From assembly GCA_001805965.1 (NCBI GenBank), contig MHHG01000024.1, positions 1,384-65,383 on the forward strand: a DNA stretch of 64,000 nt, in the 5' to 3' direction. The notes under the pieces were generated by a model, which was not told the DNA's origin, did no database searches, and saw nothing but the letters and a program-made list of their open reading frames with translations. Below are positions 1 to 8,790 of this stretch, one piece after another. Position 1 is the first letter of the stretch. The number at the start of each line of letters is the position of its first letter. This stretch comes from Omnitrophica WOR_2 bacterium RIFOXYA2_FULL_38_17 (GTDB taxonomy: Bacteria; Omnitrophota; Gorgyraeia; Zapsychrales; Zapsychraceae). The translations under genes were made by a program, and so were the position numbers.

Positions 1-306
1 TAGGTATAAGAATATATGGTTTACAGTCTCTTTAACTCATAAGCATATTACCGTGATGGCGCAGCTCATAAGAACATCTTCTATGCAAACAACAAGTGAG
101 ATATTGGTTGAGATAAACAAGGCAAGGCATAAGCTTGTGCCTGGAAAAGCGCATACGGTTGCTTTATAAAGGGTCTTTCTTTGCAATCATTGCAAGGAAG
201 AGGGGACACAATCTGTAAATAAATATCTGAACCCTTGTGTCCCATTAATTTTATTATTAACAAAAGTCCTCAACATAACAATGAAAAGATTTATAAAAGG
301 AATTTT

Positions 307-1413
307 ATGAAAAAAAAGATCTTGCATAATGTTTTTCTTTCGTCAATATCTCAAAATGTCGGAAAAACCACGATTGCTTTAGGGCTTTATCAAGCATTTA
401 ATGAAAGAAAGATAAGAACAGCGTTCATTAAGCCCGTTGGACAGCAGGTTGTCAATGTTGGTAATTCTAATATTGATAAAGATTCGTACTTGATCGGGGA
501 AGTTTTTCATTGTGCTAAGAATTTCAAAGAAATGAGCCCGGTAACGGTAGGGAGAGGTTTTACAGAAAAATATATTTTTCATCCACAAAAAAATATGCTC
601 AAAAATAATATTGAAAAAGCATTTAATGCTTTGATCAAAGCAAAAGATGCAATTATTGTTGAAGGGACCGGGCACTGTGGGGTTGGCTCTGTAATTGATT
701 TTTCAAATGCTGATGTTGCAAAATTACTTCATTCTAAGGTCATAATAATCAGTGAAGGCGGAATAGGAAAAAGTATTGATGAGATTATGCTGAACAAGGG
801 ATTGTTTGATCTTAACGGAGTTGAAGTTATGGGAGTGATCATCAATAAGGTTTTATCCGAAAAATATGAAAAGGTCAAAAGAGCCCTGGAAAGAGGATTG
901 AAGAACAAAGGCCTGAATTTGCTCGGGGTAATTCCTGATAGGCCTTTATTAAGTTCGCCTACGATCATGCAGATCAAGGATAAATATAAATTTGAATTAT
1001 TGTGCGGAGAAACTGAAGTCTCAAGACGTGTAAAGCATGTTATTGTCGCGGCCATGGAGCCACACAACATGGTTCATCATCTTGAAGACGGCACTTTGGT
1101 CCTTGTTTCCGGGGACCGAATTGATAATATATTACTAGCAGTAAGTTCGCACCTTGTAGGCAGTCAAAAGGATTTTCAGATCGCAGGTATTATTTTGACG
1201 GGAGGGCTGATGCCCAATGAAAAGATCGTTGATCTTCTCAGCAAAAGTAAAATACCTGTTTTGATAGACAAAGAAGACACGTATTCTGTTGCTGCAAAAC
1301 TTGAAAATTTAATATGTAAAATAGAAAAGACAGATAAAGACAAGATCGCGGAAATAGGACGGCTTGTAAAAAAATATGTTGATATAGACCAGATATTGGA
1401 ATTATCAAAATAA
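307..1413 (+). CDS. Stand-alone phosphotransacetylase N-terminal-like protein (BioD-like P-loop + DRTGG domain)
   Basis: NVGKTT P-loop, IKPVGQ, IVEGTGH and LVSGDRIDNIL (DRTGG-like) motifs; no Pta catalytic C-terminal domain. Start moved to ATG 307 (AAAGG upstream). Confidence 0.8.
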   Translation: MKKKILHNVFLSSISQNVGKTTIALGLYQAFNERKIRTAFIKPVGQQVVNVGNSNIDKDSYLIGEVFHCAKNFKEMSPVTVGRGFTEKYIFHPQKNMLKNNIEKAFNALIKAKDAIIVEGTGHCGVGSVIDFSNADVAKLLHSKVIIISEGGIGKSIDEIMLNKGLFDLNGVEVMGVIINKVLSEKYEKVKRALERGLKNKGLNLLGVIPDRPLLSSPTIMQIKDKYKFELLCGETEVSRRVKHVIVAAMEPHNMVHHLEDGTLVLVSGDRIDNILLAVSSHLVGSQKDFQIAGIILTGGLMPNEKIVDLLSKSKIPVLIDKEDTYSVAAKLENLICKIEKTDKDKIAEIGRLVKKYVDIDQILELSK

Positions 1414-1435
1414 ATCTTGAAAGGGTGGAAAGTTA

Positions 1436-2671
1436 ATGGCGGACAATAAAAAGACCAGTACAACATTGGCTATAGGGCAAAAGCAAGAGCTCACTATCCT
1501 TAGGAAAATAGTAGAGCTGACAAATACAGAATTAGACCTTAAAAAAATATTAAATGAAACCGTAAAAGTCGTTTCTGAAATGACTAAGGCAGACTCCGTT
1601 TTTGTTTATCTTTTTGACGATGTTAAAAGAAGCTTTGTACTTATGGCATCAAAAACGCCTCATGCAAAAGAATTAGGTGAGGTTAATTTAAAAACAGGCG
1701 AAGGGATCACAGGTTGGGTTGCCAAACAAAATAAACCTGTTGTTATAAAGGAAATGGCTTTTGCAGACCCAAGATTCAAAAGCTTTGATGTTTTGCCTGA
1801 AGATAAATACGAGGCATTTCTGTCGGTACCGATAGTTTATAAAAACAAAGCAATAGGTGTAGTCAATGTCCAGCATAAAAAGCCTCATGATTATGCTCAG
1901 AACACAACCGAGTTGATATCTGTGATAGCAAAACAAATAGGCGGGGTCATTGAAAATGCCAGGCTTTATGAGGAGAAAAAGACCAAGGCTTTGCAGTTTG
2001 ATAGCCTGGTCAAAGTAAGCAAGTCGATCACATCCCAGGATTATTTAGATGAGATTTTAAGTCTTATAGTTGTTGTGACGGCAGAGATGCTTAATTCAAA
2101 AATATGCTCGATCATGCTGTTAGATAAAAAAGCCAAAGAGCTGATCATTAAGGCGACGCAAAGCCTGAGTGAAGAATATAAGAAAAAACCGAACATAAAA
2201 GTCAATGCAAGTATCAGTGGCGATGTTGTCAAAAGCAAGAAACCAATAGCTATCTATGATGTTCGTAATGAAAAGAAATATGCCTTTAGGGATATTGCAA
2301 TAAAGGAAAAGCTGACATCAATGCTGGCTGTTCCGATGATCGTGAAAAATAATGCAATAGGTATTATCAATATCTATACAAAAACGCCTCATTCCTTCTC
2401 CCAGGAAGAGATCGATGTGCTGCAGCTGGTAGCTAATCAGGCTGCAATAGCTATTGAAAATACTAAGCTGGTTGAGGACGCTGTTAAAGCAAAAGAAGCG
2501 CTTGAAACAAGGAAGGTAATTGAGAGAGCTAAAGGCATATTAATGAAAATGGGTAGCTTAAATGAGCAGGAGGCATATAAGCTAATACATAAGAAGAGCA
2601 TGGATTCATGTAAGCAAATGAAGGAAATTGCTGAATCTATTATCTTGATGGAAGAGTTGCAGCGACAATGA
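1436..2671 (+). CDS. GAF-GAF-ANTAR RNA-binding antiterminator, paralog 1
   Basis: Two GAF-like repeats (GEGITGWV...FLSVPIV...IGVVNVQ; ISGDVV...MLAVPMIV...IGIINIY) and a C-terminal ANTAR signature ALETRKVIERAKGILM...EQEAYKLIHKKSMD. Confidence 0.9.
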   Translation: MADNKKTSTTLAIGQKQELTILRKIVELTNTELDLKKILNETVKVVSEMTKADSVFVYLFDDVKRSFVLMASKTPHAKELGEVNLKTGEGITGWVAKQNKPVVIKEMAFADPRFKSFDVLPEDKYEAFLSVPIVYKNKAIGVVNVQHKKPHDYAQNTTELISVIAKQIGGVIENARLYEEKKTKALQFDSLVKVSKSITSQDYLDEILSLIVVVTAEMLNSKICSIMLLDKKAKELIIKATQSLSEEYKKKPNIKVNASISGDVVKSKKPIAIYDVRNEKKYAFRDIAIKEKLTSMLAVPMIVKNNAIGIINIYTKTPHSFSQEEIDVLQLVANQAAIAIENTKLVEDAVKAKEALETRKVIERAKGILMKMGSLNEQEAYKLIHKKSMDSCKQMKEIAESIILMEELQRQ

Positions 2672-4209
2672 AATCATTTCTCTTAGCACACAAAGATAAT
2701 AAGTATGTTGTGCCGGCTGCGCTTTTAGTTTTCAGCTTTTTAATAAGAATGAGCTTGATCAGCAAAGGGCCGTATAGCCTCGATTCTTTAGCTGTAGTAA
2801 ATGCAGCACTTCAAACAATCAAAACCCACCAGATTCAATATTTCCACGAGTTTCAATATCCTTTAGCTGTTATTTTTCTTGTAGGATTTATAAACTTTTT
2901 TAGATTGTTTGCAGTTGATGACCCGGTATTTTTATATAACCTTATAAGCGTTGTGTTCAGCTCAATAAGCGTTGTGTTGTTTTATGTTTTGATCAAGCCT
3001 ATCCTAAATAAACCTGCGGCTTTTTTTACGGCTATTTTGTTTTCCTTATGTCCGATCTATTTAGGTTTATCTGTTTATGGAACAAGCAATATCTTAAGCT
3101 TGTTCTTTCTTTTTTTGTGCTTTGTGAGCATGAGCCAATATTTTTCGCTGCAAGACAACAAATATTATTTCATCAGCTCTTTTAGTTTAGGGCTGATGGC
3201 TGCAGCAAGGCTACAGGAAATGTTCTTTTTGTTACCTGCTGTTTTTTGTTTTTTTGTTTTTCCACCTTTTAAAAAAATCAGCGAAGATGGCTCCGAACAA
3301 ACCATTCCGGGGGGGAGCCTGAATGGTTTTGTACCATATCTTTTTCTTGCTTTTGCAGTAGGAGCGCTTTTTTATTTTCCGGCGCTTTTAAGATATATCA
3401 AGTCCCCTGAAACCCCTTTTCTTCTGGAGGTCTTGGCTGACAATGTTCCAAGGAGAGGTTTTATTCCTTTCTTTATAGGATCGCTGGTCAGAAATGTAGA
3501 GTTTATCAAAATGTCTTTTTCTTCAACTGGGCTTTTGCTTTCAGTTGTTGGTTTAGCATTAATGCTTTTTTCACATAGAAAAGCCTTGTCCCTATGCTTA
3601 GCCTGGATAATGGCCCCTTTATTCCTTTTGACTTGTTTTAGGATTACGGGGCCAAGGCTGCTTGTTTTGACTGTTCCAGCTTTTTATATAGGGCTGGGTT
3701 ATGTTATTTTTATACTTTTTCAAAAGAACAAATTAATGCGCTTAGCTGCTTTTGTGATATTTATCGGGATTATGTTCTCGAACTATTTAGCAATATACCC
3801 AATTTTATTACATAGGCATAATGCCGCTCTTTTGCCTGATTATGCAAGGAAGATCGGCGAGATTTCCAAGCCAAACGATGTGATCATATGTCACGACGAA
3901 GCCTTGTTTATACAATATTATGCAAAGCGCAAGACAATTTCGCGACCTTCCGAGAAGGATCTTTTTAGCAGGGAAGCTATGATGAAATTTAAAGATGAGA
4001 TCAGTGAAGTATTGGAGCAGGGAAACTCTGTTTATTTAACTTGGCCCGGGATGTTTGCATCTGGGCATCCACAAGTGCTGGAGTATTTAATGAATAAATA
4101 TTTTAAAGTTGAAGAAATCGGGATTATGCCATATGAGGATTGGCACAGAGGGCCTATTAGGCAGCAGCTTTACAATTTACCTATCTATCAATTAAAAAAA
4201 AAGAAATGA
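2668..4209 (+). CDS. Polytopic membrane glycosyltransferase, GT-C fold (ArnT/PMT_2/DUF2723-like)
   Basis: About 11-12 hydrophobic segments, early acidic loop (SLDS) and soluble C-terminal domain; ATGA overlap with the upstream stop. Confidence 0.6.
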   Translation: MKSFLLAHKDNKYVVPAALLVFSFLIRMSLISKGPYSLDSLAVVNAALQTIKTHQIQYFHEFQYPLAVIFLVGFINFFRLFAVDDPVFLYNLISVVFSSISVVLFYVLIKPILNKPAAFFTAILFSLCPIYLGLSVYGTSNILSLFFLFLCFVSMSQYFSLQDNKYYFISSFSLGLMAAARLQEMFFLLPAVFCFFVFPPFKKISEDGSEQTIPGGSLNGFVPYLFLAFAVGALFYFPALLRYIKSPETPFLLEVLADNVPRRGFIPFFIGSLVRNVEFIKMSFSSTGLLLSVVGLALMLFSHRKALSLCLAWIMAPLFLLTCFRITGPRLLVLTVPAFYIGLGYVIFILFQKNKLMRLAAFVIFIGIMFSNYLAIYPILLHRHNAALLPDYARKIGEISKPNDVIICHDEALFIQYYAKRKTISRPSEKDLFSREAMMKFKDEISEVLEQGNSVYLTWPGMFASGHPQVLEYLMNKYFKVEEIGIMPYEDWHRGPIRQQLYNLPIYQLKKKK

Positions 4210-4325
4210 TTGCTCGAGAGTCAGAAAGGTATTATTTAAATATCAGTTGTAAAATGCTATTTTTGCTGGTTTAATTGTATAATTGAACAATCGGATGAAT
4301 CCTTTTAACAGGAACAGGTCTTTAA

Positions 4326-6509
4326 ATGAATAGATTTAGAAAGCTTTTAAATATAGTTCTTGGTGCTGTATTTTTTCTTTTGTTGTCAGCGCATGCCTTT
4401 GCTTCGTCCGGGCAAGCAGAAGGCGGAATAGTCGCAATAACCAGCTTGCTCGTGATCCAGTTAAGTGTAATATTATTTGCTGCTTGGGTTGGCAATCTTG
4501 CGTTCGCGAGGATGAAGCTGCCTGCAGTGCTCGGAGAGATCGTTGCCGGAGTTGTTATTGGCCCGTACTTTTTAGGGTCTTTTGGTTTTCCCGGTTTTGA
4601 ACATGGTCTTTTCCCGCCATCAGGTGATTTTCCAGTTTCAATAGAATTGTATAGCCTTGCAACAATAGCATCGATAATCTTATTGTTCTTTGTCGGACTT
4701 GAGACGGATATACAGACCTTTTTAAGATTTTCTTTTGCTGGCTCCATAGTTGGTGTTTTTGGTGTTATTTTTAGTTTTATAGCAGGCGATATTTTAGGTG
4801 TCATGTTAGCCCAAAACCTGATGGGGCAAAATTACAGTTTTACTCACCCGTTCTGTCTTTATCTGGGTGTTTTATCCACAGCTACTTCAGTTGGCATTAC
4901 TGCCCGTATTCTCTCAGAAAAAAGAAAAATGAATTCTCCCGAAGGGGTCACTATTCTAGCCGCAGCAGTTATTGATGATGTGTTGGGCATTATTATCCTC
5001 GCAATAATCCTTGGTATGGTAAAAAGTGGCCACATAGGATGGAAGGAAGTTTCCCTTATCTCCCTTAAAGCTTTTGGTATCTGGCTGGGATTTACCTTGG
5101 TGGGACTGAAATATTCTTTAAAGTTATCTGCTGTTCTTAACAAAATCAAAGACCAAAACACGATTGCTATATTAAGCCTTGGCCTTGCCTTGTTATTGGC
5201 GGGCATATTTGAGCATTTTGGTTTAGCGATGATCATAGGCGCTTATGTTATGGGGCTATCGTTATCTAAGACAGACCTTGCCTTTATTGTCCAAGAGAAG
5301 CTGGAAATGTTGCAGAAATTTTTAGTGCCAATCTTTTTTTGTGTAATGGGCATGCTGGTTAATTTAAAAGAAATGGCGTCATTGCAGATCATTAGTTTTG
5401 GAATGCTTTATGTTGTTATGGCAACTCTTGGCAAGATCATAGGGTGCAGCATTCCGGCATTATTCCTGAATTTTAATTTAAGGGGAGCTTTGCGTATTGG
5501 TGTTGGAATGGTCCCGAGAGGTGAAGTAGCTTTGATCATTGCAGGTATTGGGCTTTCTTCAGGGATCATTGATGATAAAGTTTTTAGCATTGTCATGATA
5601 ATGACATTTGTTACAACATTGATCACTCCTTTGGTCCTCGACAAGATGCTCGATTCAAAAAAGCCTGTTCTAAGGAAAGAGCAGGAGATCAAGGATGAAC
5701 AAAAGACGATAAAATATGAAATGCCAAGCGTGGAAACGGCAGAACTGCTTCTTGCTAAAGTTGTCACTGCATTTGAAAATGAGGGGTTTTTTGTTCACAG
5801 AATGGGTCGTGAAGAAAGGCTGTTTAAGATCAGAAAAGAAAGCGTCTTTATTGTCATGCGATACACTACACAAAGAATGGAATTTGATTGCAGCGAGATG
5901 GATGCGCCATTTATTCACACCTTGTTCTATGAAGTTATTGCGGAACTGGAGCATGCTATGCAGACATTGCAGACGTTAACAGACAAAAGTTCTATTGGTA
6001 AAAAGATATTTGATACACAAAAAATAATTGCAAATATCAATAGTGACAGAAAAAAGAAATTTCAGATCATTTCTTCCAAGGCCCTTAATGTTGATTTACA
6101 GGGCAGGTCAAAAGAAGAGATTCTTGCTGAACTTGTTGAGCTGTTAATAGAGTCAAAGCAATTAGACGCATCACAAAAAGAAGAAGTAGTTAAAGATCTT
6201 CTTAAAAGAGAGTTAATGATGTCGACTGGAATGCAAAATGGCATTGCGCTGCCTCATGCTAAAACAATAGCTGTGGACCATGTTGTTGCTGCAGTAGGCA
6301 TAAGCAAAGAGGGAGTGGATTTTGCATCTCTGGACAAAATACCATCTAAGATCTTTGTTTTAACTTTGGCCTCGAAAGAACACCCTCATGCATATTTACA
6401 GTCCATGTCGGAGATCAGCAGGTTTTTATCGAAAGAAGAGAACAGGGCGAAAATGATAGCGTGTACTACAAGAATACAATTGTTTGACGTGTTAAGCTTT
6501 CATATGTAA
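4326..6509 (+). CDS. CPA2-family cation/H+ antiporter fused to a C-terminal PTS EIIA (Fru/Ntr-type) domain
   Basis: LPAVLGEIVAGVVIGP, ATSVGITARIL, AAVIDDVLG and GMVPRGEV are CPA2 motifs; the C-terminal RE..MSTGMQNGIALPHAK is the EIIA phospho-His motif. Confidence 0.88.
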   Translation: MNRFRKLLNIVLGAVFFLLLSAHAFASSGQAEGGIVAITSLLVIQLSVILFAAWVGNLAFARMKLPAVLGEIVAGVVIGPYFLGSFGFPGFEHGLFPPSGDFPVSIELYSLATIASIILLFFVGLETDIQTFLRFSFAGSIVGVFGVIFSFIAGDILGVMLAQNLMGQNYSFTHPFCLYLGVLSTATSVGITARILSEKRKMNSPEGVTILAAAVIDDVLGIIILAIILGMVKSGHIGWKEVSLISLKAFGIWLGFTLVGLKYSLKLSAVLNKIKDQNTIAILSLGLALLLAGIFEHFGLAMIIGAYVMGLSLSKTDLAFIVQEKLEMLQKFLVPIFFCVMGMLVNLKEMASLQIISFGMLYVVMATLGKIIGCSIPALFLNFNLRGALRIGVGMVPRGEVALIIAGIGLSSGIIDDKVFSIVMIMTFVTTLITPLVLDKMLDSKKPVLRKEQEIKDEQKTIKYEMPSVETAELLLAKVVTAFENEGFFVHRMGREERLFKIRKESVFIVMRYTTQRMEFDCSEMDAPFIHTLFYEVIAELEHAMQTLQTLTDKSSIGKKIFDTQKIIANINSDRKKKFQIISSKALNVDLQGRSKEEILAELVELLIESKQLDASQKEEVVKDLLKRELMMSTGMQNGIALPHAKTIAVDHVVAAVGISKEGVDFASLDKIPSKIFVLTLASKEHPHAYLQSMSEISRFLSKEENRAKMIACTTRIQLFDVLSFHM

Positions 6510-6527
6510 ATTATTTTTTTTGCCCTA

Positions 6528-6556
6528 TTGACAAAATGTTTTATCTGTTGTATAGT
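6528..6556 (+). promoter_or_regulatory. Sigma70-type promoter of amtB1-glnK1
   Basis: TTGACA (6528-6533), 17 bp spacer, TATAGT (6551-6556). Confidence 0.8.
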
Positions 6557-6569
6557 TTGTCTAGTTAAA

Positions 6570-6616
6570 GGGCACAGTGGTTCTCTTGAATCGACGGAGA
6601 TTCAGGGGGATTTTTT
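6570..6616 (+). promoter_or_regulatory. ANTAR-type hairpin/terminator attenuator 1 (amtB1 leader)
   Basis: GGGC-ACAGTG-GTTC hairpin. Its 3' arm starts terminator GTTCTCTTGAATC-GACGGA-GATTCAGGGGGAT followed by a T-tract. Confidence 0.8.
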
Positions 6617-6666
6617 ATTGTAGAAATGATCTTAATTTAAGGTTTATTTAAGACAGGTAAAATAGC

Positions 6667-6716
6667 GGACGCAGATGTCCTCTTTCGGGCATAGTTGCTT
6701 GAAAGGGGATTTTTTT
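6667..6716 (+). promoter_or_regulatory. ANTAR-type dual hairpin/terminator attenuator 2 (amtB1 leader)
   Basis: P1 GGAC-GCAGAT-GTCC; P2 GGGC-ATAGTT-GCTT sits at the apex of the 14-bp terminator GTCCTCTTTCGGGC/GCTTGAAAGGGGAT, followed by T6. Confidence 0.88.
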
Positions 6717-6718
6717 AT

Positions 6719-6777
6719 GGACAAGGTTGTCCTCTTTAGAACAGTTGTCAAACAACGGTTTTGAAGAGGACTTTTTT
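6719..6777 (+). promoter_or_regulatory. ANTAR-type hairpin/terminator attenuator 3 (amtB1 leader)
   Basis: GGAC-AAGGTT-GTCC overlaps terminator GTCCTCTTTAGAAC...GTTTTGAAGAGGAC followed by T6. Confidence 0.85.
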
Positions 6778-6824
6778 ATAGATGGAAGGTTAATTGCAAA
6801 TCAATAAATATAAGAGGAGGGAAT

Positions 6825-8168
6825 ATGTTCGGGAAATTATTAACAAAATATGCATCAAGCTTTATTGTCCTGCTGCTTGCTGTGGCAATGGCAATGAGCT
6901 TGTCTTCTACAGCAAGTGCCGCAACTGCGGATGAAGCTATGTTCACAGTAAACAATACCTGGATGCTTGTGGCAACGATACTGGTCTTTATTATGCATCT
7001 TGGTTTTGCCACTCTGGAATCAGGCTTGACAAGATCAAAGAACACGGTAAATATTATTTTTAAGAATGTTTTGATCGTAGCTATAGGGCTTTTAACATAT
7101 GCTATAGCCGGATTCAATTTAATGTATCCGGGTGATGCCTGGATATTGGGGAAGTTCTTTGGCTTTGGGGGTTTTGGTATATCCTCACCGGAAGGTGCTG
7201 CGGGGTTAATAGATTATGCAAATGGCGCTTATACTTATTGGACTGATTTTATTTTTCAGGCAATGTTCGCCGCTACGGCAGCTACAATTGTCTCAGGTGC
7301 GGTCGCTGAAAGAATAAAACTGCACAGCTTTTTACTGTTTTCAGTTATCTTTGTGGGGATAGTTTATCCCTTTGTTGGAAGCTGGAAATGGGGCGGGGGC
7401 TGGTTAGATGCAATGAATTTTTATGATTTTGCCGGGTCTACTTTGGTTCATTCTGTAGGAGGATGGGGGGCGTTGGCAGGTGTTATTGTTTTAGGCCCAA
7501 GAATCGGCAAATATACAAATGGTGCAGTAAAGGCTATTCCTGGCCATAGTTTGCCGTTAGCTGCTATCGGTGTATTCTTATTATGGTTTGGCTGGTTTGG
7601 TTTTAACGGAGGTTCAGTTCTTTCTGCTGATCCAGGAGCTGTTTCTCTTGTATTTGTAACAACTTCTTTGGCAGCAGCGGCAGGGATCATTACATCAATG
7701 GTTACTTCTGAAATAATTCAGAAAAAACCTGACCTTTCTATGGTGTTAAATGGGGCTTTGGCAGGTCTTGTAGGCATTACAGCAGGCGCTGATACCGTGT
7801 CTGTTCTCAGTGCAATTATTATAGGAGGGATCGCAGGGTTCTTGGTAGTTGTTGCTGTAATTATCTTTGACTCAAAATTAAAACTGGATGATCCTGTCGG
7901 GGCATTGTCAGTTCATTTGGTTTGCGGGGTTTGGGGGACTTTGGCTGTAGGCATCTTTAGCATAAATCCAGAGCACTCCTTTATAACTCAGCTGATAGGG
8001 GTAATGGCATATGCTGCAATTTGTTTTCCTGCGGCCTTTTTGATATTTTCAATAATAAAAATAACTATGGGCATTAGAGTTACAGAAGAACAAGAAAACA
8101 GAGGGCTTGACATTTGTGAGCATGGTATGGAATCATATGGAGGGTTTCAGGTTTTTACTAATCAATAA
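6825..8168 (+). CDS. amtB: Ammonium transporter (copy 1)
   Basis: FQAMFAATAATIVSGAVAER, DFAGSTLVH, WFGWFGFNGGS, DDPVGALSVH (twin His); SD GAGGAGG. Confidence 0.97.
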   Translation: MFGKLLTKYASSFIVLLLAVAMAMSLSSTASAATADEAMFTVNNTWMLVATILVFIMHLGFATLESGLTRSKNTVNIIFKNVLIVAIGLLTYAIAGFNLMYPGDAWILGKFFGFGGFGISSPEGAAGLIDYANGAYTYWTDFIFQAMFAATAATIVSGAVAERIKLHSFLLFSVIFVGIVYPFVGSWKWGGGWLDAMNFYDFAGSTLVHSVGGWGALAGVIVLGPRIGKYTNGAVKAIPGHSLPLAAIGVFLLWFGWFGFNGGSVLSADPGAVSLVFVTTSLAAAAGIITSMVTSEIIQKKPDLSMVLNGALAGLVGITAGADTVSVLSAIIIGGIAGFLVVVAVIIFDSKLKLDDPVGALSVHLVCGVWGTLAVGIFSINPEHSFITQLIGVMAYAAICFPAAFLIFSIIKITMGIRVTEEQENRGLDICEHGMESYGGFQVFTNQ

Positions 8169-8201
8169 TCTTAACAATATTAGATATGGAGGAATAAAAA
8201 A

Positions 8202-8543
8202 ATGAAATTGATCATAGCAATGATACAGCCTCATAAGTTGCCAGATGTAAAAAAAGCTCTGTTTGAGGCAGAGATACATAAAATGACTGTGACTAATGTT
8301 CTTGGCTGCGGTCAGCAAAGGGGGTTCAGTGAGACTTATAGAGGCGTAGTACATGAAGTTAATCTTTTAAAAAAAGTGCGTCTAGAAATTGCTGTAAATG
8401 AGGACTTTGTCGACGACACAATAAAGGCAATTATTAAAGGTGCCAAGACAGGCAATATCGGAGATGGCAAGATCTTCGTCATGGATCTTCAGCGATGCAT
8501 AAGGATAAGGACTGAAGATGAAGGGCACGATGCGATAGGGTAG
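8202..8543 (+). CDS. glnK: PII nitrogen regulatory protein (copy 1)
   Basis: ETYRG T-loop, [16 protein letters not shown]; downstream of amtB. Confidence 0.95.
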   Translation: MKLIIAMIQPHKLPDVKKALFEAEIHKMTVTNVLGCGQQRGFSETYRGVVHEVNLLKKVRLEIAVNEDFVDDTIKAIIKGAKTGNIGDGKIFVMDLQRCIRIRTEDEGHDAIG

Positions 8544-8553
8544 AATTTTAAGA

Positions 8554-8581
8554 TTGACAAATTTGAGATTAATGCTATATT
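8554..8581 (+). promoter_or_regulatory. Sigma70-type promoter of amtB2-glnK2(-glnA)
   Basis: TTGACA (8554-8559), 16 bp spacer, TG-n-TATATT (extended -10). Confidence 0.7.
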
Positions 8582-8594
8582 TATTTCAAATTTA

Positions 8595-8650
8595 AGGGCA
8601 ATGAAGTCCTCCATAGAAACAGCAGTGATGTTTTTGTGGGGGACTTTTTT
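8595..8650 (+). promoter_or_regulatory. ANTAR-type dual hairpin/terminator attenuator (amtB2 leader, unit 1)
   Basis: P1 AGGGC-AATGAA-GTCCT; P2 AGC-AGTGAT-GTT within terminator GTCCTCCATAGAAACA...TGTTTTTGTGGGGGAC followed by T6. Confidence 0.88.
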
Positions 8651-8656
8651 ATTGCG

Positions 8657-8764
8657 GAAAACAAAGATGTTTTCAAGATTTTCTGATTAGATCAGAAAAC
8701 AAGGACAAAGAAGTCCTCTCGCAGAAGAATGAAGTTTTGTTCTTTAGCCAGAGGTCTTTTTTTT
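8657..8764 (+). promoter_or_regulatory. ANTAR-type hairpin pair/terminator (amtB2 leader, unit 2)
   Basis: GAAAAC-AAAGAT-GTTTTC (8657-8674) and AGGAC-AAAGAA-GTCCT (8702-8717). The latter overlaps an imperfect terminator ending AGAGGTC plus T8. Confidence 0.75.
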
Positions 8765-8790
8765 AACAAAACACAGAAAGGAAATTAACA

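Noticed and set aside
1-263. ORF 81..263 (-) and an open + frame ending near 169
   Set aside because: No recognisable homology; the + frame may be the tail of an upstream gene but cannot be supported.
6570-6777. CRISPR-like or REP array reading of the repeated leader hairpins
   Set aside because: Units conserve structure rather than sequence, end in U-tracts, have no spacers and there are no cas genes.
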